Of a stretch of DNA of 64,000 bases, positions 38,868 through 48,329 are shown piece after piece. The stretch spans positions 32,001 through 96,000 of the forward strand of contig JABLTJ010000002.1 in assembly GCA_013166775.1 (NCBI GenBank). The letters are read 5' to 3'. The number at the start of each line of letters is the position of its first letter. Position 1 is the stretch's first letter. The DNA comes from Promethearchaeati archaeon. GTDB lineage: Archaea > Asgardarchaeota > Heimdallarchaeia > Heimdallarchaeales > Heimdallarchaeaceae. Under the pieces are notes generated by a model. It did no database searches, was not told the DNA's origin, and saw only the letters and a program-made list of their open reading frames with translations. The position numbers and the translations under genes were made by a program.

Positions 38868-40278
38868 TCTTGTCTAACACTTTTTTGATTATTAGTAGCA
38901 GTTTCTGCATTGTTTGTTTTCCTATATCAAGAGATTTACCAGGTTCATGAAATAACAAATTTCTTTTGAATCTTATTTCATGGAGAAGAGTTACATCACT
39001 TTTAGAAATAATCTTATTATTTTTTAGTATATCGATTAGTTTTAGAAAGTTGACTTCATCACTCTCAGGTTCAGTGCTAAAATGAGAAAGGGTCCTTCTG
39101 AAAATTGTTTCCAAAGTTCTGTAAATTAGTAAAAATGATAGCGTTTGTTCTTCTGATCGAATCTTTTCCCAATTTTTGATTTTTTCATTGATATAATCAA
39201 TATCTGCCTTGATAGCTTGTTCTTCATCTGTAGTTAAAATATGACTTGAGATTAATTGTAAAAGTGAATCATACTTAAAATGTTGCTCAATTTTATCTTT
39301 TGTCTCATCGGATATCTGTAATTCTTCTAACATTTCTTTGTACAATTCCCACACTGTGGATTTTGCCAAATCTTCACGATAATACCACGAAATTGTTTCT
39401 GTTAGTCTTGTTAAAAGCAGGTTCTTCTTTGCTTCGTTTATTGTTCCAGCTAATTCTCTTTGTGTTCTTCTCACAAATAAATTACTAATCGGAAATTCAG
39501 CGATTGATTTAATTATTAACAATCTTTTCTCTCTCTCTTCTTCAGGTTCATAGTAAATAACCGAAAGTACATTAGGAATTAAGCCACATAATCGTCGGGA
39601 AGAGGAAATACTTAGATATAGACTACAGAGTAAGAGAATGCTGAAAATGCAAATGAAGATTACAATATTCACATTATTCTCTATTTGATCTATTACTATA
39701 AAATCAAGTTTAATAGATGTCCAACGAAGTACAAAAACTAGAATCAGATTAATAAACAGAATTGCTGAAGAAACAATACTGAAAAGATAGAGAGATTCAT
39801 TATATGTAAGAAGACGCTCATTTCTAGTTGTGTGGCATCGATCTACAAAATTCTGCGAGTATTGTTTTTTGGCTTCTTCTGTGATTTTAGGTATTAATTC
39901 TTTTTTAATCTTCGCTTCCAGATTCTTTTTCTCTTTAGAAGGGAGCTTTAACTCCATGTCTGTAAGTGGTACGATTTTCCCACTAAAGCTGAAGCTTCTT
40001 GGCTTAAAGAAAATATTATCCAAATTACTTCTGAGATTTGATTCAATATGATTCTTTACTCGACCACCATTGAAGATTATTTTTGGAGCAATGAGATAAA
40101 GAAAAAGAACAGGAATTATGAAAAAGACGAAGATTAAGAGTGCAGAAAACTGAAAATCTTGATATTTCAAACCTGTATAGATGATATAAACAAATAGCTC
40201 AATTAGGAAAGGCAAAACTAAACCAAAGCTAATTCTTATCAAAAGAGGTTTGAGTGTTGAACCTGAAGAAGTACTCAT
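38842..40278 (-). CDS. Multi-pass membrane protein with C-terminal HEPN-like domain
   Basis: About 4 TMs; C-terminal YRTLE...LHEIRFKRNLLFHE (R-N-x3-H). Confidence 0.65.
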   Translation of the reverse strand: MSTSSGSTLKPLLIRISFGLVLPFLIELFVYIIYTGLKYQDFQFSALLIFVFFIIPVLFLYLIAPKIIFNGGRVKNHIESNLRSNLDNIFFKPRSFSFSGKIVPLTDMELKLPSKEKKNLEAKIKKELIPKITEEAKKQYSQNFVDRCHTTRNERLLTYNESLYLFSIVSSAILFINLILVFVLRWTSIKLDFIVIDQIENNVNIVIFICIFSILLLCSLYLSISSSRRLCGLIPNVLSVIYYEPEEEREKRLLIIKSIAEFPISNLFVRRTQRELAGTINEAKKNLLLTRLTETISWYYREDLAKSTVWELYKEMLEELQISDETKDKIEQHFKYDSLLQLISSHILTTDEEQAIKADIDYINEKIKNWEKIRSEEQTLSFLLIYRTLETIFRRTLSHFSTEPESDEVNFLKLIDILKNNKIISKSDVTLLHEIRFKRNLLFHEPGKSLDIGKQTMQKLLLIIKKVLDKIGETEKEG

Positions 40279-40427
40279 TAATTATTAATATAATATGAAA
40301 AAATAAACTTATCGAATCCGTTGTTTGCTTAACCATCTCTGTACCTTCTTGAAGATACTTGAAATTAGAGAGATACCTAGAAATTTCTTTTTTAGAGATT
40401 GAATGATTGGTTTTTTAGAAAAAATAT

Positions 40428-41531
40428 CTATAAACACACAATATTATCTTTACTAAGAATTTTCTGAAGTCTGCTGATTTCATCTTCAATCCATCCAACA
40501 TCAGTTTCTTTCATAAGTTGATGAGATTGTAAATCATTCAAAATTAAGAATCTGAATCTATCCAGATTATCTTTTGAGTAAAACTGTGATTCTTCCAACA
40601 GTTGCCTTCTTCCGAAATCAGCAATTATATCTATACTCCAATTCTCTGGAAGGTTTTTAATTTTGCTTTTATTTGATATGAAGAATAAGAGTATCTGGTA
40701 AGCTATGTAGAAATTTCCAGAATTGAAAAACTTCCTACTCAATAATAATACTTGTTGGATTCTAAATTTCGATAACATTTCTCCTTTCTCTTTAATATCT
40801 GTTTTCAGTACTTGTAGGAGAGCAATCATTTTTACAAGATCTTGAGGGTCTAATTCAGATTGAAACTTCAAAGGAACAAATAGATTTTTCATAAGGTTTG
40901 AACCATCAGATTGATGTTTTGTTTTTTCAGATACCCATTCCTTGATGCTATCAGTTGATGAGAGTTTTAGAAATAATTTATCTGAGGAAACTCGGAATAA
41001 GTCATATAAATTCTTACCAGGATTGATTTTTAGTATTTGAATATTAAAACGATTAATCCATTTATCGTAATATCCAATAGAAGGAAGAAAATTACCTTTC
41101 TGTCCTAAGAAAGTACACAAAGAACATTCTTGGATTATCAGTTTCTCAATTTTACTTGCAGATATTTCATGATTATAGGATACAAACAGGATTTTGTCAT
41201 AGATACATGATTTCTGTAATAAATCAAAAACTAAAACTGAAAATGGAGAACTCTTCTTAGATCTTTCAACGTATTTTATAGTAAAACTTTCTTCCTCGTT
41301 TTTGAGACCGTTATTTTCTCTTGAATCCCAATTTTCAGGAATGGAGATTATTAATTCTTTAACAAATTTTTTTAACCGAATAATCTGTTTCAGTAGAATT
41401 TTGTCACCGTTTTTCTGATTATCAAATCCTAGAATTATTCCTGAGATTTCTTGACTCTCTTTTCTCTTTTTTATTTCTTCCTTACCAGCATTTTCGATAA
41501 GCGTTTTTAGAGAATTGTGCATTGTAATCAC
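40428..41531 (-). CDS. Hypothetical protein, degenerate MobA-like NTP-transferase fold
   Basis: ISGIILGF...GDKILL resembles the MobA N-terminus without LAGG; abuts mobB. Confidence 0.45.
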   Translation of the reverse strand: MITMHNSLKTLIENAGKEEIKKRKESQEISGIILGFDNQKNGDKILLKQIIRLKKFVKELIISIPENWDSRENNGLKNEEESFTIKYVERSKKSSPFSVLVFDLLQKSCIYDKILFVSYNHEISASKIEKLIIQECSLCTFLGQKGNFLPSIGYYDKWINRFNIQILKINPGKNLYDLFRVSSDKLFLKLSSTDSIKEWVSEKTKHQSDGSNLMKNLFVPLKFQSELDPQDLVKMIALLQVLKTDIKEKGEMLSKFRIQQVLLLSRKFFNSGNFYIAYQILLFFISNKSKIKNLPENWSIDIIADFGRRQLLEESQFYSKDNLDRFRFLILNDLQSHQLMKETDVGWIEDEISRLQKILSKDNIVCL

Positions 41532-42059
41532 TCAGAAATCATAATCTTGAATTATCTTATTTATTAAAACCTCTTTTTCTTCTATTATTTGAAAATTGTA
41601 TCGTTCATATATTTTTTTTATGATAATTTTGTGCTTACTCAAATTTTCATGAGAACAAAGAAGATACTTTATACCTTCAAAATTAAAAGAATCAAGTTCC
41701 TCAACAATATCATTTGTCCAAATAATGATCTTTGGGAAATTTTCCTCTTTAAAACCCTCAATGAGTACTAAATCTATTTTGAATGAATCTGCTAGATTAT
41801 CAATAATATCCATAATTTCTTTTTCTTTTTCTAGAAAAATTTGAGTAGTATTCTTGAAAGCTACTACAGAGATAACTGAACCCTTTTGGGAAAAAACATC
41901 TGAATCTTTATCAGAAAAAGCATATTCATGTTGTCTTGCAGATTTAAGAGATAAAATCGATACATTTCTTTCAGATAGTTTTTCAATTAATCTAGCAATT
42001 AATACCGTTTTTCCTGATTGTGAATATCCAACAACTTGAAGGAGTTGAGAATCTTTCAT
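41532..42059 (-). CDS. mobB: Molybdopterin-guanine dinucleotide biosynthesis protein B
   Basis: VVGYSQSGKT, KDS, DLVLIEGFK...PKI. Confidence 0.88.
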   Translation of the reverse strand: MKDSQLLQVVGYSQSGKTVLIARLIEKLSERNVSILSLKSARQHEYAFSDKDSDVFSQKGSVISVVAFKNTTQIFLEKEKEIMDIIDNLADSFKIDLVLIEGFKEENFPKIIIWTNDIVEELDSFNFEGIKYLLCSHENLSKHKIIIKKIYERYNFQIIEEKEVLINKIIQDYDF

Positions 42060-42137
42060 TCATTTCTGACTGTGTTCGATTCTCTATAAGTAATTTATGT
42101 ATCAATTATTTGAAAAATGATTAGAGGAGAGTATTTT

Positions 42138-43748
42138 TTATTTCTCCTCTGATTTAGATTTTAATGCTCTAGCTCCATCAATTATTTTTTTTGCAGCTGC
42201 AATACTAATCCCTGGAACTTTGCTTATTTCTTCTGGACTAGTACTAATGATTTCATCAACACTAGTAAAACCCTTATCCTTGAGTAACATCGCTGTCTTA
42301 GCTCCAACTCCCACAATATCTGTAAGTTTAAACTGTGTTTTTTCGACTTCCTCACTTTTAATTTCTTCAACCTCAGTTTGGGATTCTGATTCCTTCTTTA
42401 CATCTTCTGACAGAGATTTTAACGCTCTAGCTCCATAGATTATTTTCTTTGCAGTTGTGATACCAACTCCTGGAACTTTACTCACTTCTTCTAGATTTGC
42501 ATCAACAATATCATCAATTCTAGCATAACCCATATCACTGAGCATCATTGCTGTTCTAGCTCCAACTCCCATGATGTCTGTTACTTTAAAAACTTCTTTT
42601 TCACCTTCCTCATCTTCTATTATTTCAATTTCAAAAGGTAATTCAGATTCTTTCTTTACTGGTTCTTCCTCTTTCTTCTTACTTGGTTTGACCTCATATG
42701 GTATAGGTATCACATCAACCTCAGGATCAATTTTCTTAACTGGAACAGTCTTTATAGTTTCTTTCCCCTTTAACACTTCACTAGGTTTTTGAAGGTGATG
42801 AACTTCGAAAGAATCGATTAATTCTTTTTCTTTAAGATATTCGCTTTGTTTCAGTAAGCTCTCACTAGGAGGAAGAAGTTTTTGATTTTTGACAATTTTT
42901 CCTAAAATTCTAGTTTTTTTTTCTTGTTCTAGTGTATCTTTTACGCGATCTTCCTGTACTTGACTTGGTGTTCTTAATTCTCCTGAGATGATTTCTATTG
43001 TATCCCTCTTCTTGAGATATTCCGAAGGTCGTAGCAAGCTTTCAGAGACTGGTTCGTCTAGGGTACTAGTTTCTTTAGGACTAGTAACTATAGGATCCCC
43101 ACTTATAGTTTTAAATGTAGGGATATAATCTTCATCTATATCAAAAACTGTCTCCTTTTTCTGTAAAGTTTCACTTGGTTTAAGCAGCGTATCATCTGGA
43201 GGTGCTTCTTTTGGTTCAACTTCCTTAACTTCCCTTTTGACAGGTTGTAAAGTTGTTTTTATTGGTGAGCTTATTTCAGTTGGTTTTGTAATCTCACTTG
43301 GTTTTACAAGAGTATCAACTGGACCATCAGCAATTTCAGCAGGAAGACCCTTTGGTTTACTTGGCTCCAATGGATCCCTTATTACTTTAGCTTCTCTTAT
43401 TTTAAGACCTGAAGAATGTAGAGCTACACCTTGACCTAAGCTTCTTACTGTTTCAAGCAATTGATAGAAATTGACATCGGTAATTCCGATATCGGAAAAA
43501 TATTCTGAAAGCCAGTTTGAAAATCTATGAACATTGACTTCAGTTCCCAGCATTTTTTCCCAGAAATTGATTATAGTAGTTGCCAATTGATCAAATGATG
43601 AAAATTTATGTGTCTCGATAACATGCTTTCCATCAAGTAGATCTAAAGATCCATTCATAGCGTCACTAAATTCCTTTTCTTCTGGTTTTATGATTACACT
43701 AAAACGATAACTTCCTATTAAGCTTCTTCGAGTTGGGCGTGAAGACAT
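42138..43748 (-). CDS. Protein with disordered L.KPSE-repeat region and two C-terminal helix-hairpin-helix domains
   Basis: Duplicated F K(V/L)TDI.GVG..TAM(M/L)L.D.G...VPG...AKKII.GARALKS; seven LxxPS(E/Q)-like motifs. Confidence 0.8.
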   Translation of the reverse strand: MSSRPTRRSLIGSYRFSVIIKPEEKEFSDAMNGSLDLLDGKHVIETHKFSSFDQLATTIINFWEKMLGTEVNVHRFSNWLSEYFSDIGITDVNFYQLLETVRSLGQGVALHSSGLKIREAKVIRDPLEPSKPKGLPAEIADGPVDTLVKPSEITKPTEISSPIKTTLQPVKREVKEVEPKEAPPDDTLLKPSETLQKKETVFDIDEDYIPTFKTISGDPIVTSPKETSTLDEPVSESLLRPSEYLKKRDTIEIISGELRTPSQVQEDRVKDTLEQEKKTRILGKIVKNQKLLPPSESLLKQSEYLKEKELIDSFEVHHLQKPSEVLKGKETIKTVPVKKIDPEVDVIPIPYEVKPSKKKEEEPVKKESELPFEIEIIEDEEGEKEVFKVTDIMGVGARTAMMLSDMGYARIDDIVDANLEEVSKVPGVGITTAKKIIYGARALKSLSEDVKKESESQTEVEEIKSEEVEKTQFKLTDIVGVGAKTAMLLKDKGFTSVDEIISTSPEEISKVPGISIAAAKKIIDGARALKSKSEEK

Positions 43749-43856
43749 TTTCTTTCTGAAAAGTAATTATTTTTAGGCTTAAAAAAACTTACTAGATGAG
43801 CAATCGAAAAAGAATAAAATGAAAAAATAGAAAAAAAGGAGAAAATTGAGTTCTTA

Positions 43857-45353
43857 TCAAGTATCTTCTGCCTTTTTCTCCCATACAGGACGTTCTTCCT
43901 TATCATAGGTTTCCATAACATCTGCAGTAATTTTTGAGAGATTCTTCTGAATATCTTCAGAGATTCTTGTTCTTCTTCCAGTATGTCCTCTAAATGGATC
44001 TGATATATGGAAGAATAGAATTGTCTTATATGCTGTTGAAATTGGTCGTAAAATAGCTGTTGTAGGTAGATATCCGAATAAGAAAAAGACAGCTGCTACT
44101 GCTAGAGAGAACATAACTTTAAAGCTTATACCAGCAATTTCCCCTGCACTAATGCCGAATAAATCTGCTAACCAATAATAACCTAAGAAGAATCCTCCTG
44201 TTGAAAAGACACCAAATGTCATCACTGTAAAAAATCCTTTAGCAATATTCACTCCAGCTTTTCCTATAATAATATCAGCAGCAGAATCAACTGCTAAATC
44301 GGTAGATCTAATCATACTTTTAACAAATCCTTGTTTTTCAACTACGATTATTGTCAAAGTATAGTAATTAAGGAATTTTAGTACCTTCCATAACGCTTTC
44401 AGAAGTAGAATGAATAGGAAGAAGATTACAGTAAGTACTTTTAATGTTATTTTCACTGCTTTATTCTGTTTCCATTTTCCCCAGAATTTCTTCTTTGCGA
44501 AATATTGTACAGTTTTTATAATAGCATCAAAGAATGCCATAAACGTTCCAAATAGGATGATACTTCCTTTTACTTTCCAGATTTCTTTCATTGCGATTCT
44601 TATTGAAGCATCTTTATAATTATTCCATCTCTTGAAGATGCAAATATTTATTGCATCACTGAAATAGAGCATTGTCCAATGTATTGTCAAGTAAATAAAG
44701 ATTATAACGAAAAATACCAAGTATTCTAACCAATCAGATGTTCTACCAGATTGCTCTAACCAAGTATCTAAGTTTGCTCCTGCATAAATTGAACCAGCTA
44801 CTCCTGTTATTGTAGTTACTACAGAGATTACTGAAAAGAATAATACAGGTATCAATGTTCCTTTCTCTTCATTCACAGCTTCATTGCTCATCTCAAATAC
44901 TTTTGAACCAAGAATAATCCTTCTTGCTAGAAGTAGAACAATGACCAATATAAACGCAGCTGGTGCTAAAACTGCTATTCCTATCCATCTTAGATTTCCT
45001 TGATATTGAACAAGTAGAAAAACACCCGCAGCAATTAGTAAGGCTGTCCCTCCAAAAATAACTGTATTAACAAGTTCTGCACCTACATAGCTCATTAACC
45101 ATACTTCTAAATAAGCAATCAGAATTCCTATTACTAATAGAACTACAACTGCTAATATAACCCACCAAATGTAGCTTTCTACAAATGAGTAGGCTACACC
45201 AAATTTCGCAAGTACCCAATCTGTTAAGTTTTGGTTTATTGCAGTCATTTGATAAATAGAGTATGCACCGAATGCATAAGCAGCTAATACTATTAGAAAC
45301 CAAATATAGAAGATTAGACCGAAGTCTCTAACCTTTTGTTCTTCTGTAGCCAT
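43857..45353 (-). CDS. Choline transporter-like (CTL/SLC44/Pns1) family membrane protein
   Basis: About 10 TMs; GSIILFG and LKFLNYYTLTIIVVEKQGFVKS motifs resemble SLC44 GSi.fGs and N.yayi.iai.g..F..sa; likely start ATG 45353 after GGAGG. Confidence 0.65.
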   Translation of the reverse strand: MATEEQKVRDFGLIFYIWFLIVLAAYAFGAYSIYQMTAINQNLTDWVLAKFGVAYSFVESYIWWVILAVVVLLVIGILIAYLEVWLMSYVGAELVNTVIFGGTALLIAAGVFLLVQYQGNLRWIGIAVLAPAAFILVIVLLLARRIILGSKVFEMSNEAVNEEKGTLIPVLFFSVISVVTTITGVAGSIYAGANLDTWLEQSGRTSDWLEYLVFFVIIFIYLTIHWTMLYFSDAINICIFKRWNNYKDASIRIAMKEIWKVKGSIILFGTFMAFFDAIIKTVQYFAKKKFWGKWKQNKAVKITLKVLTVIFFLFILLLKALWKVLKFLNYYTLTIIVVEKQGFVKSMIRSTDLAVDSAADIIIGKAGVNIAKGFFTVMTFGVFSTGGFFLGYYWLADLFGISAGEIAGISFKVMFSLAVAAVFFLFGYLPTTAILRPISTAYKTILFFHISDPFRGHTGRRTRISEDIQKNLSKITADVMETYDKEERPVWEKKAEDT

Positions 45354-45444
45354 GTCTATTATTCTGCTCTCCTCCTTCAAAAATGTTTTCCAATATTATC
45401 TCATGTGGAAGGATTTTAAAGCTGCAATAATAATATTATGTCTT

Positions 45445-46353
45445 GTGAAAGCTGATCTAAATATAATTAGTCACATAGTTCTAGATGACAAAATTTTCTA
45501 TACAGAACATCCTCCTAGAAAAATAACGGAACAATTGGGAGGTCCAGTAGCTTATGCAAGTATGGTAATCCCGCTATTACAGGCAAGCACTCAATGTATT
45601 ACTTCAATTGGAAAAGATTTTCCTGAGGAATATCTGCTTTACCTAAATTCAATTAGAAACTATGGTCTTAAGATAGAGAATTCGGAAAAAACAACTAGAT
45701 TCTTACATGAAATACATCATGATCATCGAACCTTATTTCTAGTAGCACAAGCTAAATCTTTGGATAATTCTTTATTCTTGCTTGAAGGAGGAAAAGCATG
45801 CTTACTTTCTCCAGTTTTTGAGGAAATCTCAAAATCTTCAGTTGAATGGTCACGAGATAATCATGATTGGGTGGGAGTTGATGTACAAGGATTTGTTAGA
45901 AAAAAGGATGAAAATGGCAAGATTTATTCTTATTTCGACCAGAGTTTTTTCAGATACTTAATACAAAAAAACGACTTTGTTAAGTATTCTTTGAACGAAG
46001 CAATGAGTTTTACAAAACAGAAAGCTCACAGAGAGATATTAGATAAATTACCTAAGAATAATGTTCAAATCGTTACTATAGGAAATAAAGGAATCATTTA
46101 CTCTGATAATGGACAGTTCTATAAACTAGATGCACCTACACAAGATATCAAAGATCCTACAGGAGCAGGAGATGTTTTTATTACTGCTTTTCTTATAAAA
46201 TATCTTGAAACAAAAGAAGTTGATTTCTCACTTTCTTTTGGAATGGCTATAGCTGCTGAAAAAGTACATTACGATGAAATACAAATTTTACCCAAGAAGA
46301 ATTATAAATCGATAGCAGAAAAGATTCTCGAATCAAAGAAAGAGATAAGATAA
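45445..46353 (+). CDS. PfkB-family carbohydrate kinase
   Basis: GGPVAY, VDVQGFVR, DPTGAGDVF; probable GTG start 45445. Confidence 0.9.
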   Translation: MKADLNIISHIVLDDKIFYTEHPPRKITEQLGGPVAYASMVIPLLQASTQCITSIGKDFPEEYLLYLNSIRNYGLKIENSEKTTRFLHEIHHDHRTLFLVAQAKSLDNSLFLLEGGKACLLSPVFEEISKSSVEWSRDNHDWVGVDVQGFVRKKDENGKIYSYFDQSFFRYLIQKNDFVKYSLNEAMSFTKQKAHREILDKLPKNNVQIVTIGNKGIIYSDNGQFYKLDAPTQDIKDPTGAGDVFITAFLIKYLETKEVDFSLSFGMAIAAEKVHYDEIQILPKKNYKSIAEKILESKKEIR

Positions 46354-46360
46354 AATCTCA

Positions 46361-46987
46361 TCAAGTGAGTTTAATATCAAGTTTTCCCATACTCTCAGAA
46401 ATAATCTTTCCATAATCCAAATTTTGCTCTTCTTTCAAAATATTCTCTAAATTTGCATTTGTGATTGGATGTTTAGGTCCTAATAAATCGCACACTTCAG
46501 GGCCAGCAGATATATCGAACGTTTTAATCTCTCTTGTTAGAAATATGATTTTCTCTTTATCGAATGTTATCAAAGGTTTCAATACACGGTATCTTGTTGC
46601 TTGTTCAATTACTGAGATATTAGCTAAAGTTTGACTCGATACTTGTCCTAAACTCTCTCCGGTTCCAATATATTCAGCTTTCTCAAGATCAGCTATTTCA
46701 CACCCTAACTTAAGCATAAGTCGTTTCATTAAAACGAAATAATACGAATGCTTACAATCATCCACTAGAGTTTGTAGAGCATCAGCTATATCTATAACAT
46801 ACATTTTCTTCCAATTGAACTTTTCAGAAATGAGCAAACTCTTCTCAATAGATTCTTCTCCTGCAAAATCAGTATTTGAAAAGTGCAGAGGAATTATCTC
46901 GAAACTCTTTTTCTGAAGAAGGTAACCAGCGATACTACTATCAAATCCACCACTTAATAAGAGTACAACTTTGTTAGTAGTCATCAT
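46361..46987 (-). CDS. thiI: ThiI-like PP-loop sulfurtransferase (catalytic domain only)
   Basis: LLSGGFDS, TGESLGQVSSQTL.N, PLI..DK..I, GPEVC; no THUMP domain. Confidence 0.82.
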   Translation of the reverse strand: MMTTNKVVLLLSGGFDSSIAGYLLQKKSFEIIPLHFSNTDFAGEESIEKSLLISEKFNWKKMYVIDIADALQTLVDDCKHSYYFVLMKRLMLKLGCEIADLEKAEYIGTGESLGQVSSQTLANISVIEQATRYRVLKPLITFDKEKIIFLTREIKTFDISAGPEVCDLLGPKHPITNANLENILKEEQNLDYGKIISESMGKLDIKLT

Positions 46988-47049
46988 AATGCTGTAAATT
47001 TGGGACTTTTAGAATGTTTAGTTAAGGAAAAATTCTTTAATTTAAAATC

Positions 47050-47475
47050 ATGTTCAGATTTATGGAAATAACTCAATTCTCTACTGAAATGTATAATGAT
47101 GTATTCAAACTATGGAAAGATTCAGGTTTATCTCTTGGTGCTTCCGATACCAAGGATCAAGTAGAAAGATTGAGCGAAATGAATCCTGATTTATTCTTAG
47201 TTGGGATCAAAGATAGTAAAATTATAGCAGTAGTTGCAGGAGCCTTTGATGGGAGAAGAGGTTATGTACATCATTTAACAGTTGATAGTCAATACAGAAG
47301 GAAGGGATATGGAAGAAAAATGATGGAAGAGTTACACAAGCTGTTTTCCGAAAAAAATATAATCAAAGTTCACTTATTTGTTGAAATTGAAAGCGAAGAA
47401 GTGATAGAGTTTTATAAAAAAATCGGTTGGCATGTGCGAGATGATTTAGAGATGATGAGTTTTGTTCCTGAATAA
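47050..47475 (+). CDS. GNAT acetyltransferase (YpeA-like)
   Basis: FDGRRGYVHHL.V...YRRKGYG, FYKKIG. Confidence 0.9.
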   Translation: MFRFMEITQFSTEMYNDVFKLWKDSGLSLGASDTKDQVERLSEMNPDLFLVGIKDSKIIAVVAGAFDGRRGYVHHLTVDSQYRRKGYGRKMMEELHKLFSEKNIIKVHLFVEIESEEVIEFYKKIGWHVRDDLEMMSFVPE

Positions 47476-47547
47476 CATTTTTTCTGGGAAATTGAATTAT
47501 CAAATAGTGCATAAATAAAATAGAAAAGAGAAGAAATAATCTTTTTT

Positions 47548-48318
47548 TTAAACTGGTGATATTTCAATATTTAGAACGTCAAGAATTCTTGTCATTTCTT
47601 TAACATCTTCGATTGTTTTTATTCTTAAAGCACTTCTAAACATTGTTGAATTTAATTCAGAGGCAGTTTTGAAAATGTCACGTTTTCTCCAGACATCAAC
47701 TGAGGGATTGTAAAGAAGAATGTACATCACTTTTTTGTCCATATCACAGAGAAGATAAGTGTCTGCATATTCCAATCTTTTTCCTATCATTTCTTTTAAT
47801 GTATTATCTTGGTTCACACCATAAATTCTGGGTATTTTACCTGAAAACATGTCTATCATTCTTGTATACATTTTCTTGATTGAACTTGGATCGATTCCAG
47901 ATTCTCTCTGCAAACCTCTAGCTATCAATGTGAAATATGGTTCTATTAATCCATAACTATCTAGAACTTCTCTTACTGCTATTCCTTCAAATAGGAAATA
48001 AGCTACGCACAATCTATAACCAGAAGCAGCAATTCTTTCATCTGCTGAACTTGTAATTTCTGTTTCAAAAGGTATTGCAATAGCTTTGATATTTTCATGA
48101 TCAGGAACAGGTATTGGACCTAACATTTTTGGATTTTTGGTTCCATCAACTTTTCCGATTGATCCTTTGTTCATCTCAACTAGTGTCATTCCACTCATTA
48201 CTAAAGTTAAGGCTGTATTTTCTTCTACTTCTGAATTGTTAAATAATATCTCGGGACCGTAGTCCTTGAATATACTGAATATCAATTTTGGTTCTTTTGA
48301 AACATTTGGATTTATCAT
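47548..48318 (-). CDS. uDENN/longin-like domain fused to a gelsolin-like domain (putative)
   Basis: N-terminal LIFSIFKDYGPEI...LGPIPVP...DERI; C-terminal DTYLLCD..KKVMYI....SVDVWRKRDIFKTASEL. Confidence 0.5.
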   Translation of the reverse strand: MINPNVSKEPKLIFSIFKDYGPEILFNNSEVEENTALTLVMSGMTLVEMNKGSIGKVDGTKNPKMLGPIPVPDHENIKAIAIPFETEITSSADERIAASGYRLCVAYFLFEGIAVREVLDSYGLIEPYFTLIARGLQRESGIDPSSIKKMYTRMIDMFSGKIPRIYGVNQDNTLKEMIGKRLEYADTYLLCDMDKKVMYILLYNPSVDVWRKRDIFKTASELNSTMFRSALRIKTIEDVKEMTRILDVLNIEISPV

Positions 48319-48329
48319 TTTGGCACTCC

